Assembly: GCA_950097015.1 (NCBI GenBank)
Contig: CATNEN010000025.1
Location: 8,494,001 to 8,558,000 of the forward strand
Source: Macrostomum hystrix
Lineage: Eukaryota > Animalia > Platyhelminthes
Direction: 5' to 3'
Length of the DNA: 64,000 nucleotides
Part shown: positions 24,959 through 37,551 of the stretch, one piece after another
Position numbering within the stretch: the stretch's first letter is position 1
Layout of the letters: every line of letters starts with the position of its first letter
Notes under the pieces: model-generated
The model's database searches: none
Told to the model about the DNA's origin: nothing
What the model saw: only the letters and a program-made list of their open reading frames with translations
Program-made: the position numbers and the translations under genes

Positions 24959-25981
24959 CCAACCAAAGTTCTACAAAATGCTCAAAGATGTGCTCAAATA
25001 TGTGCTCAAAGTTTCAGAAGGCAGAAGCTTCCGATTATTTGGAATAACGACTGAAGATTGAAATGCCGGAAGCTTTTTTATAATTATTTCTTCTACAACA
25101 GTTCTCAAAGAAGAATTGGCGTACAGTCACGGATTGGTGGCAGCAAATGGAACAATCCTAGAAAAAATTCCCCCCTTACCTCCGTCACCACGAGTAGGAC
25201 TAAATGCGATTGAAAGTCAATATTTGTCCCAACTGAGCGAGCAGCGCAACGCTCATATTGGCATTAGAAATTTTGCATTATGAATAATGTCAATGTCAAA
25301 CAAAAATATATAAGGCCAGCTAGGCAGCAAGTATTGCTGTGCTAGATAGCAGTGCTTGATGTGGTGCACAGAAGCTAACTCAACCTGTCTACCTGTGTAT
25401 AGCGCCAGCGAACTATTTATTCACAAAAGTAGTCAAATAAAAATATTACAAATTCAGTTCGCTGCAACACTGCGGGTTTCGAGCAAACTCAAAATCACTA
25501 TTTGGCTAAGTGAAGTATTTTTGGCAGGTACACAATTGGTAAATATCTAGTAGGGCACATTTTTTCGTTAAAAAAACGGTAAACTGCTCGCCACATTCAA
25601 AAGCCCCCGCTCAAGCTGTAAAGCCAATTTTATGCTATTAGCTGTCTTCCTGGTTAAATAGGCAAAAACGTAGGTCAAACTGTTCAGCTTGAGTGTGTGT
25701 GTGTGTGCTGCACCACTGATTACTTTGCTCACCGAAACGGGCCAGCATTGGGGAGCGTTTAGCAATAAACTCCACACAGTCATTGAGCTATAAATAAATC
25801 AAGTTGTAGAAAAAGGACAAAGCGGCCAACGTTTTTTTTGTCAAAAGAGAAGCCAGCGATGCTCGTACAAAACCTATGGGCCAAGCAAAACAACACGGAG
25901 TTTTTTAGAATTCAACGCTAAACACTTTCTGGGTCAATTGATTTCAGGGAGATTTGGTATTCAGGATGCAATTTTTTACCT

Positions 25982-26105
25982 GTCACGTGACTTCAATGAC
26001 TTTTTATAATTAGGCGTGTTATTTATAGCATTGTCATCATGTGACGTCATATGCAGCTATTTTTAGCCACAGCTCCCGTGACATCATCGGCTGTGCTATT
26101 TTTAG
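25982..26105. promoter_or_regulatory. Candidate enhancer: E-box palindrome, CRE and three MEF2 consensus sites
   Basis: GTCACGTGAC 25982-25991; TTATTTATAG 26019-26028; TGACGTCA 26042-26049; CTATTTTTAG 26057-26066 and 26096-26105; TGACATCA 26079-26086. Motif matches only. Confidence 0.45.
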
Positions 26106-26674
26106 TTTTTTTAAACCCTTATAACCTGAGAACTATCTAGCTAGCTAGTTTTTCTATTTATTTAGCTAGTATATATTACTGTGAAAACTAACTCCAAACT
26201 TGTACCCAAGGCGTCTGGCAATGTTCTGGATTTAAGAAAAGCCGATTGGTCAAGCTATATGTACAAAAGACTATAATATTATCAAATAGAGACGGTTGAC
26301 CGATAGACAACAAAACGGTACCAACATGGAATTCCGCCAAAAATACAAATAATTTTTTAAGAAAAGGTGTGCGTGCCAGCCAGGAAGACATTGTGGGGAT
26401 TCATAGTTCCGTGCCAGTTACTGTCCCCTCTCCCTCCTCCCTCTCACTCTTATTCTCAATTCTGTTCTCACTTTTTTTCATTTTTCTTTTCACAAAAATT
26501 TCCTTCTCACAGCGCCACCTCTGCAAGGTCCGGAAGCGTAAGTGAAGTGAACCGCTCTCCACTCGATCAGGACCTGAGCAATGCCCCACTTCTGCTGAAT
26601 GGATACACGGGCTGGCCTTTGCCCAGTCACTCACAGCCAGTTCTCACAACTGCAACGGATACTCAATAGGTCTC

Positions 26675-26710
<36 letters not shown>

Positions 26711-27104
26711 CTCAAACCAACACTTTCAATATACGGTTATTATACACATTATAAGGCCGTGTTTTTTATTTCTTTTTAAACTGCTAACCCAAGATTGCTT
26801 ATTTCACTGAAGATTCATTTTTGTTGAAATTCCGCTTGCCCTATTAAAATATGCCACTCACCAGAGCAAAAACATGAAAAGTGAGAATGCTCATTAACGG
26901 AAAATTACAGTAAGCGCAACCCGATCCCCTGGGAAATCACTTGGAAACACTTTTTTGTACTTTTATGCATTTTTGGTAGCACGCAAGCTAAAAACCGTTA
27001 GCTGGGCCAGGGCTCAAGTTAAAGCTGACAAACAAACTGCTGTTTATGTTGGTAAAACACTCGCTGCGTTAACTTGATTGTGACAGACGCACCTTACCGA
27101 AGAA

Positions 27105-28575
27105 ATCCCAACCAAATCTCATTCTTATCCCAATCTAATCTCATCCTAATCCCAATCTAATCTCATCCTAATCCCTAACCAATTTCATCCGAATCCTAAT
27201 TTAATCTCATCATAATCCCAACCAAATCTCATCTTAATCCCAACCAAATCTCATCTTAATCCCAACCAAATCTCATCTTAATCCCAACCAAATCTCATCT
27301 TAATCCTAACCCAGTCTCATCCTAATCCCTACCCAGTCTCATCCTAATCCCTACCCAGTCTCATCCTAATCCCAACGCAAACTCATCCTAATCCCAACCC
27401 AGTCTTATCCTAATCCCACCAATATCTTCCTAATCCCAACAAAATCTCATCTTAATCCCAACCAAATCTCATCTTAATCCCAACCCAGTCTCATCCTAAT
27501 CCCTACCAAATCTCATCTTAATCCCAACCAAATCTCATCCTAATCCCAACCAAATCTCATCTTAATCCCAACCAAATCTCATCCTAATCCCTACCAAATC
27601 TCATCCTAATCCCAACCAAATCTCATCTTAATCCCAACCAAATCTCATCCTAATCCCTACCAAATCTCATCCTAATCCCAACCAAATCTCATCTTAATCC
27701 CAACCCAGTCTCATCCTAATCCCTACCAAATCTCATCTTAATCCCAACCAAATCTCATCCTAATCCCAACCAAATCTCATCTTAATCCCAACCAAATCTC
27801 ATCCTAATCCCTACCAAATCTCATCCTAATCCCAACCAAATCTCATCTTAATCCCAACCAAATCTCATCCTAATCCCTACCAAATCTCATCCTAATCCCA
27901 ACCAAATCTCATCTTAATCCCAACCAAATCTCATCTTAATCCCAACCCAGTCTCATCCTAATCCCTACCCAGTCTCATCCTAATCCCAACGCAAACTCAT
28001 CCTAATCCCAACCAAATCTCATCTTAATCCCAACCCAGTCTCATCCTAATCCCTACCCAGTCTCATCCTAATCCCAACGCAAACTCATCCTAATCCCAAC
28101 CAAATCTCATCTTAATCCCAACCCAGTCTCATCCTAATCCCTACCCAGTCTCACCCTAATCCCAACGCAAACTCATCCTAATCCCAACCAAATCTCATCT
28201 TAATCCCAACCCAGTCTTATCCTAATCCCAACCCAGTCTTATCCTAATCCCAACAAAATCTCATCCTAATCCCAACCCAGTATTATCGTAATCCCAACAA
28301 AATCTCATCCTAATCCCAACCAAATCTCATCCTTATCCCTAACCAATATCTTCCTAATCCCAACCAAATCTCATCTTAATCCCAACCAAATCTCATCTTA
28401 ATCCCAACCCAGTCTCATCCTAATCCCTACCCAGTCTCATCCTAATCCCAACGCAAACTCATCCTAATCCCAACCAATCTCATCCTAATCCCAACCAATC
28501 TCATCTTAATCCCAACCCAATCTCATCCTAATCCCAACCTAATCTCTTCTTAATCCAAACCCAATCTCATTTCTA
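27105..28575. repeat. 22-bp telomere-like minisatellite (AATCCCAACCAAATCTCATC[C/T]T) starting just inside Kv intron 1
   Basis: Period 22. CGCAAAC marker at 27991, 28079 and 28167 indicates an 88-bp (4-unit) sub-period. Confidence 0.93.
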
Positions 28576-28613
28576 TCCCATCTAAGCCCCCAGCAAATCC
28601 CAGGCTCGCTCAC

Positions 28614-29081
28614 CTTGGCTGGCAGAGAGGAGGTTGGGTAGTCCAAGAACAGCCACATCCGGTATCGCAGTCTTCTAAAGCCGCGACTGCATCGAACCAG
28701 CGACTGCATCGGCTCGATGTCCTCGAAGCAGTCCTTGAACAGGGTGTTCTTTGTCCGCTTCTCTTCGTCGAATCTCATGTAGTGCGGCAGGCAGCAGGGC
28801 CCGATGCTGGCCTCATGGATGCCCCAGAAGATGAGCTCCTTGCGCACGAAGGGGCCGCAGATGTTCGTCGGCAGGTGCAACTCGCCGGTGCGATAAAAGT
28901 CCAGAATGAATCTGAACACCTCCGGATCTCGGTCAAAATAATAAGCATCCTTCTGCAGCTCGTCAGCCGCGATCTGATTGTACAGTCGAGTGTTGGGAAA
29001 CCTGTACAGGGTGGCTCGTCGGGTCACGAAATTGCAGCCGCCAACGGTGATAGTCACCGTGTCAGCTGGGTTCACGGCCAT
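28614..29081 (-). CDS. Shaw: Shaw/Kv3-family K+ channel, exon 1 (T1/BTB tetramerisation domain)
   Basis: ATG at 29081. YYFDRDPEVFRFILDFYRTGELH plus the non-Shaker zinc motif H-x5-C-x20-CC (HLPTNIC...PCC), with Shaw-like CGP..ELxFWG. Donor AAG|GTGAGC at 28613, phase 0. Confidence 0.94.
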
Positions 29082-29644
29082 TGCGTCTTATTAATGTTCG
29101 ATTACAAGGACCGAGAGATTCGCCAATTTCTTCTAAAAGTTCAGGTCTTTAGTGACGATGTGTCAGGTAGGTATCGTTTCTCCGCTCTGCAGGTGACCCG
29201 GGCCCGGCTTGTCAAAGAAGGAAGCGTTGAAACTAAACCGCTTTGCTTTTGCTACCTTTTCTTCTTTTGTAAGAAGTTCAGTCGGACAGTCGAGAGCGAA
29301 GGAGGGTCACAGAGAGAGGGGCAGAGGCAGAGAAAAGGCACAATTTGAAGTCGCGGCGGACCGCTGGTCCTTGTTGGCGCTGGCAGCTGCATGGGGCAAT
29401 CCCAGCTCCTTCTGCTGCCAGTCCACCTCAGCCACCGCCACTCAGAGAGCGACTCACCGCCCCCCGCCCACCGAGCACTACAAGCGCCAATCCCCCGTAG
29501 GGGATCCCCCGTCTCGATACCTCGAGGGATTTTTCAGTCTCCTTGCCCAGTTGGCAGCTGGCAATCTGGTGTCGAGGCTAAACAGTTATTATTTTTATGT
29601 AGAAAGTGCTGTCAAATAACAAAGAGATCTCTTTGCGCGAGAGA

Positions 29645-30210
29645 TCAGACAGGGAAGAGATGAGACAGGGAAGAGACAAGACAAGAAAGAGATAATACAA
29701 GGAAGAGATAAGACAGGGAAGAGATAAGACAAGAAAGAGATAAGACAAGGAAGAGATAAGACAAGGAAGAGATAAGACAAGAAAGAGATAAGACAAGGAA
29801 GAGATAAGACAAGAAAGAGATAAGACAAGGAAGAGATAAGACAAGGAAGAGATCAGACAAGGAAGAGATAAGACAAGGAAGAGATAAGACAGGGTAGAGA
29901 TAAGACAAGAAAGAGATAAGACAAGGAAGAGATATGACAAGGTAGAGATATGAAAGGGAAGAGATAAGACAGGGAAGAGATAAGACAGGGAAGAGATAAG
30001 ACAAGGGAGAGATAAGACAAGGAAGAGATAAGACAAGGAAGAGATAAGACAAGAAAGAGATATGACAGGGAAGAGATAAGACAAGGAAGAGATAAGACAA
30101 GGAAGAGATAAGACAAGAAAGAGATAAGACAAGGAAGAGATAAGACAAGAAAGAGATAAGACAAGGAAGAGATAAGACAAGAAAGAGATAAGACAGGGAA
30201 GAGATGAGAC
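29645..30210. repeat. 16-bp purine-rich minisatellite (AGATAAGACAAGGAAG)
   Basis: About 35 imperfect copies. Confidence 0.92.
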
Positions 30211-30660
30211 ACGGGACAAATGAGACAGTCGAGAGCCGACAGCTGAAGTTTGAGCATACAAGGCAGATAGATACGTGTAGATTGAGTTCAGATCTGATAG
30301 GCCGTGTGGATTGCAGTTTCATTCATATGAGAAATGCGCGGGTATCCTATTTCCCTAGGCCTTCACAACGTCGCAACGTCTGCCCTACTGAGTGGGTAAT
30401 TTCCCATTTTTCTCCTTTTGTTTTCTACCTTGACAAAAATCCTTTGTCATTGTCGCCTTACCTCTAGCACAATCTTTTTATCGAAATTCCTTTGTCAGTG
30501 TCAGTGTCAAACTGTTGCCGCTGTCATCCCATTGTGTTGAAATATAGTTTTTTATCAGTAGATAACACGAAGCTGTCACAATCTATATATCTATTGGGAA
30601 TATAATGATGAGGTTGCCCACTAGGTGGCATTATTCGAAGGCTGTGCGACCATAGAATGA

Positions 30661-30885
30661 GTAGTCGCTGAGTATGGAATGAAGTTAGAGCTTCGGACTC
30701 ACGACTTGAAGGTCGGGGGTTCGATTGCCACCTCCACTTACTAAATTTGTGTACTTTAGTAAGACACTTAACTTTGCATTTCTTCAGTTCACCCAGCTGT
30801 TAAATGGGTACCAGCATTAGCTGGGGGTAATTGTGGGTGTGGCGTCCCTCCTGTCCATGGACTGAACAGCCGTACGCAGCCTTTA
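30661..30885 (+). mobile_element. Degenerate tRNA-derived SINE with a CORE-like central domain
   Basis: Disrupted A-box-like head and B box GGTTCGATTGCC (30718-30729). The following TGTGTACTTTAGTAAGACACTTAAC...TCAGTTCACCCAGCTGTTAAATGGGTAC resembles the MIR/CORE consensus TGTGTGACCTTGGGCAAGTCACTTAAC...TCAGTTTCCTCATCTGTAAAATGGG (recalled, not searched). Confidence 0.7.
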
Positions 30886-31529
30886 GACTGTCCAATATTG
30901 ATAGTCTCAGAGCAGACACAACCTGAAAGGTCGTAGTGCGGTTTTCAATACCTCGATGTTGACAATCGAGCCAGGCAGGAATAAGGACAGGGTACAGCGG
31001 CGGATATTGCAAAGGATGGGAGATGAGACTGACTTATCCTCAAACCAATGAGAGGCATTCATAGCGCAGTGCTAAGGGTACAGATTGCAACTGGGAGTGT
31101 GGTGAAGGGTGAGTTGGCACTCAGTCAGTAAAGGAAGTTCGTATTTCCGAAGCCGCCGAGTGGTACCTGTAAATGTATTTGCCTGCCACCGATCTCAAAG
31201 GAGAATGAGTGGAATAAATTAGCGACTAATCTTTGTCTGCTCTCGTCCATTCGCCTATGCTCAATCTAATACGTTTGAAGGCGGTACACAGTAGTAAGGA
31301 TAGACGGAGATAATAATGAACGCCAAATTTGTACCCCTGTCCTTCCTGCAGGGACATATAGGCCAGATTTTCCTAACCTAACTGGCCTACTTAGTTAGTA
31401 GCGTCTTGTGCGAATTTACTCCAGCTATTATTTAAAACAGTTATTGCCAGCTCATTTTGCTCGATTATTCGATTGTGAAAGATTGTGAAAGCAGTGAAAT
31501 TTAGGTTGATGAAAGACTACGGAGATCAG

Positions 31530-32255
31530 ATAGATGAGAGAGATGAGAGATGAGAGATGAGAAATAAGAGAGATGAGAGAGATGAGAGATGAGAGATGAG
31601 AGATTAGAAATAAGAGAGATGAGAGAGATGAGAGATGAGAGATGAGAAATAAGAGAGATGAGAGAGATGAGAGATGAGAGATGAGAAATAAGAGAGATGA
31701 GAGAGATGAGAGATGAGAGAGATGAGAGATGAGAAATAAGAGAGATGAGAGATTAGAGAGATGGGAGATGAGAGAGATGAGAGATGAGAGAGATGAGAGA
31801 TGAGAGAGATGAGAGATGAGAGATGAGAGAGATGAGAGATGAGAAATAAGAGAGATGAGAGAGATGAGAGATGAGAGATGAGAGATAAGAGATTAGAGAG
31901 ATGGGAGATAAGAGAGATGAGAGATGGGAGATGAGAGAGATGGGAGATGAGAGAGATGAGAGATGAGAGATGAGAGAGATGGGAGATGAGAGAGATGAGA
32001 GATGAGAGATGAGAGAGATGGGAGATGAGAGAGATGAGAGAGATGAGAGATGAGAGATGAGAAATAAGAGAGATGAGAGAGATGAGAGATGAGAGATGAG
32101 AGATTAGAGAGATGGGAGATGAGAGAGATGAGAGAGATGAGAGATGAGAGATGAGAGAGATGAGAGATGAGAAATAAGAGAGATGAGAGAGATGAGAGAT
32201 GAGAGATGAGAGATTAGAGAGATGGGAGATGAGAGAGATGAGAGATGAGAGATGA
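31530..32255. repeat. (GAGAGAT/GAGAT)n purine-rich simple repeat
   Basis: Directly visible. Confidence 0.93.
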
Positions 32256-32962
32256 AGAGAGATGGGAGGGAGTTGGGAAATCGCAGGAATGACAGATGGG
32301 ACTTAGCATGTTGGGATGAGTTCACAATAATTTAGGCAATAAGGTAGCGAAGGCGATTGCAGGCAAGTTTCTTATCGCGAACCATATGTTGCCAGGCGTT
32401 AATGGGCTGTGAGACTATAGACTCGGACAGGTACTCGTACTCGTAGTTCACGTGCATGCGTAGTCCTGTGTCTTTGGGCTGTCTCTCCTCTATACTAGAC
32501 GTTGGGCTGTGTGGGATCCTTTGAAGTCAGAATTCCCTTTTGTACTAGCATTTACTCAGTCAATCAAGTATATTATCTGAATTCCCGTCCCCGAGTTTAG
32601 CTATCATTTTCGTTTGTTCCCCATTTCTTAATTATAATTTATGTCTCTTGTATCTATGCTTTCGAAAGAAAAATAAGTGCAAAAGGCGTTGCGTTACTTT
32701 TCGAACATTTAAAAAAGAAATCACATGCTCAATAAAATACTCGTCCCGTGTCCAAGGTAGTCTCTTAGGGTGCGTCAAAGGATGCAGAATGACTTTGAAA
32801 ATCGCTGCCGCTAGATTTTTACGCGCAAAGGGAGAGGGAGACAAAGAGATGGGAAAATAAAGATGGGGCAGTCCTTTCCCCCAGCCTTCCCAGGTAGAAG
32901 AAAATACAAAAGGGAAAATATCAGGGAAAAACAACGGAAAAGGTTGCAGGAAATATCAGAGA

Positions 32963-33350
32963 GAAGACTAGGGAGAAGACTAGGGAGAAGACTGGGGAGA
33001 AGACTAGGGAGAAGACTAGGGAGAAGACTAGGGAGATGACTAGGGAGAAGACTAGGGAGAAGACTAGGGAGAAGACTGGGGAGAAGACTAGGGAGAAGAC
33101 TAGGGAGAAGACTAGGGAGAAGACTAGGGAGAAGACTAGGGAGAAGACACGGGAGAAGACTAGGGAGAAGACACGGGAGAAGACTAGGGAGAATACTAGG
33201 GAGAAGACTAGGGAGAAGACTAGGGAGAAGACTAGGGAGAAGACTGGGGAGAAGACTAGGGAGAAGACTAGGGAGAAGACTAGGGAGAAGACACGGGAGA
33301 AGACTAGGGAGAAGACTAGGGAGAAGACTAGGGAGAAGACACGGGAGAAG
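32963..33350. repeat. 12-bp minisatellite (GACTAGGGAGAA)
   Basis: About 32 copies; gives the (TREK)n pseudo-ORF. Confidence 0.93.
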
Positions 33351-33774
33351 ACGAAGACAACGAAGAGAGGACATGAAAGGTGAATTCAGTGAGAAGATTT
33401 GATAAAGAAGCCAATCAGCATTAATTATTAATTGAAACATCATGACTCCTTCCTTCCTCCATTCCTTCACTAAATGGCCAGCGAGACGAGCTAGACTAGA
33501 CTGGACAAATTTGAGACTCAAATTTTCCGAATTATTTTATTTTGTATTGCCTCAACAAGTTGACGTTGCGTGACTATTGAAGCAACCCTGTAGCTGAAGC
33601 TGGATTCAAAAGCAAGAAGCATATGCCATGAATATACATTCAAATTTATGTCTTGCGAGACACTGAACAATTGACAATCCTGAGGATTTGAAAATCCTGA
33701 GGTTGACAATTTCAACTCCCAAAGATGAGGACTTAACTATCCTGATGATAGTGACTTAATTATCCCAAGGATTG

Positions 33775-36290
33775 CGATTCAACGATCCTGAGGATTGGGA
33801 TTCAATGATCCTGAGGATTGGGATTCAGTGATCCTGAGGATTGGGATTCAATGATCCTGAGGATTGGGATTCAACGATCCTGAGGATTGGGATTCAGTGA
33901 TCCTGAGGATTGGGATTCAGTGATCCTGAGGATTGGGATTCAATGATCCTGAGGATTGGGATTCAACGATCCTGAGGATTGGGATTCAACGATCCTGAGG
34001 ATTGGGATTCAACGATCCTGAGGATTGGGATTCAACGATCCTGAGGATTGGGATTCAATGATCCTGAGGATTGGGATTCAACGATCCTGAGGATTGGGAT
34101 TCAACGATCCTGAGGATTGGGATTCAATGATCCTGAGGATTGGGATTCAATGATCCTGAGGATTGGGATTCAACGATCCTGAGGATTGGGATTCAATGAT
34201 CCTGAGGATTGGGATTCAACGATCCTGAGGATTGGGATTCAATGATCTTGAGGATTGGGATTCAACAATCCTGAGGATTGGGATTCAACGATCCTGAGGA
34301 TTGGGATTCAACGATCCTGAGGATTGGGATTCAATGATCCTGAGGATTGGGATTCAACGATCCTGAGGATTGGGATTCAACGATACTGAGGATTTGGATT
34401 CAACGATCCTGAGGATTGGGATTCAACGATCCTGAGGATTGGGATTCAACGATCCTGAGGATTGGGATTCAGTGATCCTGAGGATTGGGATTCAATGATC
34501 CTGAGGATTGGGATTCAACGATCCTGAGGATTGGGATTCAGTGATCCTGAGGATTGGGATTCAGTGATCCTGAGGATTGGGATTCAATGATCCTGAGGAT
34601 TGGGATTCAACGATCCTGAGGATTGGGATTCAACGATCCTGAGGATTGGGATTCAACGATCCTGAGGATTGGGATTCAACGATCCTGAGGATTGGGATTC
34701 AATGATCCTGAGGATTGGGATTCAACGATCCTGAGGATTGGGATTCAACGATCCTGAGGATTGGGATTCAATGATCCTGAGGATTGGGATTCAATGATCC
34801 TGAGGATTGGGATTCAACGATCCTGAGGATTGGGATTCAATGATCCTGAGGATTGGGATTCAACGATCCTGAGGATTGGGATTCAATGATCTTGAGGATT
34901 GGGATTCAACAATCCTGAGGATTGGGATTCAACGATCCTGAGGATTGGGATTCAACGATCCTGAGGATTGGGATTCAATGATCCTGAGGATTGGGATTCA
35001 ACGATCCTGAGGATTGGGATTCAACGATACTGAGGATTTGGATTCAACGATCCTGAGGATTGGGATTCAACGATCCTGAGGATTGGGATTCAACGATCCT
35101 GAGGATTGGGATTCAACGATACTGAGGATTGGGACTCAACGATCCTGTGGATTTGGATTCAACCATCTTGAATATTTGGATTCAATGATCCTGAGGATTG
35201 GGATTCAGTGATCCTGAGGATTGGGATTCAACGATCCTGAGGATTGGGATTCAGTGATCCTGAGGATTGGGATTCAACGATCCTGAGGATTGGGATTCAG
35301 TGATCCTGAGGATTGGGATTCAGTGATCCTGAGGATTGGGATTCAACGATCTTGAGGATTGGGATTCAGTGATCCTGAGGATTGGGATTCAACAATCCTG
35401 AGGATTGGGATTCAACGATCCTGAGGATTGGGATTCAGTGATCCTGAGGATTGGGATTCAACAATCCTGAGGATTGGGATTCAACGATCCTGAGGATTGG
35501 GATTCAACGATCCTGAGGATTGGGATTCAATGATCCTGGGGATTGGGATTCAACGATCCTCAGGATTGGGATTCAACGATCCTGAGGATTGGGATTCAAC
35601 GATCCTGAGGATTGGGATTCAACGATCCTCAGGATTGGGATTCAACGATCTTGAGGATTGGGATTCAGTGATCCTGAGGATTGGGATTCAACAATCCTGA
35701 GGATTGGGATTCAACGATCCTGAGGATTGGGATTCAGTGATCCTGAGGATTGGGATTCAACAATCCTGAGGATTGGGATTCAACGATCCTGAGGATTGGG
35801 ATTCAACGATCCTGAGGATTGGGATTCAATGATCCTGGGGATTGGGATTCAACGATCCTCAGGATTGGGATTCAACGATCCTGAGGATTGGGATTCAACG
35901 ATCCTGAGGATTGGGATTCAACGATCCTCAGGATTGGGATTCAACGATCCTGAGGATTGGGATTCAACGATCCTGAGGATTGGGATTCAACGATACTGAG
36001 GATTGGGACTCAACGATCCTGTGGATTTGGATTCAACCATCTTGAATATTTGGATTCAATGATCCTGAGGATTGGGATTCAACGATCCTGAATTTTGGGA
36101 TTCAACGATCCTGAGGATTGGGATTCAACGATCCTGAGGATTGGGATTCAACGATACTGAGGATTGGGATTCAACGATCCTGAATATTTGGATTCAACGA
36201 TCCTGAATATTTGGATTCAACGATCCTGAATATTTGGATTCAACGATCCTGAATATTTGGATTCAACGATCCTGAATATTGGGATTTTAC
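33775..36290. repeat. 23-bp minisatellite (GATCCTGAGGATTGGGATTCA[AC/AT/GT]), about 109 copies, with higher-order duplications
   Basis: Period 23. Markers recur at 644, 299 and 874 bp offsets, all multiples of 23. Confidence 0.96.
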
Positions 36291-36519
36291 AATCCCTATT
36301 GTCGAGTGTTAAGTATTCCACCGCTTCTCGCCTGCTGGCCTGCAGTTGCGGTTCCGTAGCCGACCCTGGTGACAAGAAAATCAGAGCGTGTTCAAGACCG
36401 ACTTTCAGCAGCGATCCAGAGGCGCCAGATTGACAAAGAGAGGCTTAAAGAGGTGGAGAGATAGAGAGAGAGCGGTAGTGGGTTCTGGGCAAAGTCAACA
36501 GCTTCTCTTTGAATAAGCT

Positions 36520-36598
36520 TGTGTGTGAGTGTGTGTGAGTGAGTGTGTGAGTGAGTGAGTGTGTGAGTGAGTGTGTGAGTGTGTGAGTGTGTGTGTGT
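36520..36598. repeat. (GT/GTGA)n microsatellite
   Basis: Directly visible. Confidence 0.8.
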
Positions 36599-36820
36599 TA
36601 ATCTTCTCTCTCATTCCAGAAATCACAGTTTTCCTTTTGTCGCCTCCTCCATCGGCTGGTTTGAGATGCTTTCGGGGAAGTCTTGAAAGGCCTTGTTTTC
36701 GAGTTGTCTCAAAATTGAAGGGGCTTGACATTTTTGTTCTAGAAAGAAATATGGAGACCTGTGTCCTTTAGTTGAAGCTTTTCAACCTTTTTAGACTTCA
36801 AAAACGAACGGCCTTGCCTC

Positions 36821-36852
<32 letters not shown>

Positions 36853-37551
36853 GCCTCCTACTCGAGGGAAAAATCTCTTCCCATCCCAATTTTTCTTCAA
36901 GCGCCGGTTGCCATGACGAAATCGAGTCTGCAGAAGTCCCCAAAAATATTTCCCCTCTGTCTGTCTGCCTTGTTGCTCTCTGCCAGCTCCCAACTCCCAT
37001 CCCTAGTGTTTTTTAAGCAGGAGGGAAGTCGCTGACGAGCGCCTATCGGACTCGATTTCGCATCGAATAGAAAGAGAGAAAGGGGAAAATTATCCTAGGA
37101 TAGACGGATGGGGATAGTTAAACTGCAGAATCCGACTGTCCAACAGTTGTGTGTGTGTGTGCCATCATCATCCAACCCCCTTACAATGCGCTCCCCTGTT
37201 CCTTAGAATTCTCGCCCTCAGTTCACTCCTTCCCCATCTGTTCTCTCGCCATCATTTCGCCATTCTGAACTGAGCCGGCCAATGAAGGGGGGCGATGAAC
37301 TCACGCACAGATGCGCCACACGGCAATAAAGAGGCAGGTAAAGAGAGGGAGGGGCGAGTTTCTGCTTCATATTAGTATCGTTTCGTCTCTTTGAACGACC
37401 CGTTTCGGCAAAATCTTATCCTTATTAGGCGGTCGTACTCAATCAGCTAGAAAAATAATAAATTACAAACAGACTAGTACTTGAACTATGAATTTTTTGA
37501 AGTATTTAGTGTCAATTTAGTAAAGTCTGATCAAACGGAAGCGTTGGAATC

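Noticed and set aside
30661-30735. Functional tRNA gene
   Set aside because: The D-arm/A box is disrupted and it runs directly into a CORE-like domain, so it is better explained as a SINE head.
31030-31330. LINE 3'-end remnant (ENEWNKLA resembling the 'WN.LP' motif)
   Set aside because: A single short motif is too weak to call without a database search.
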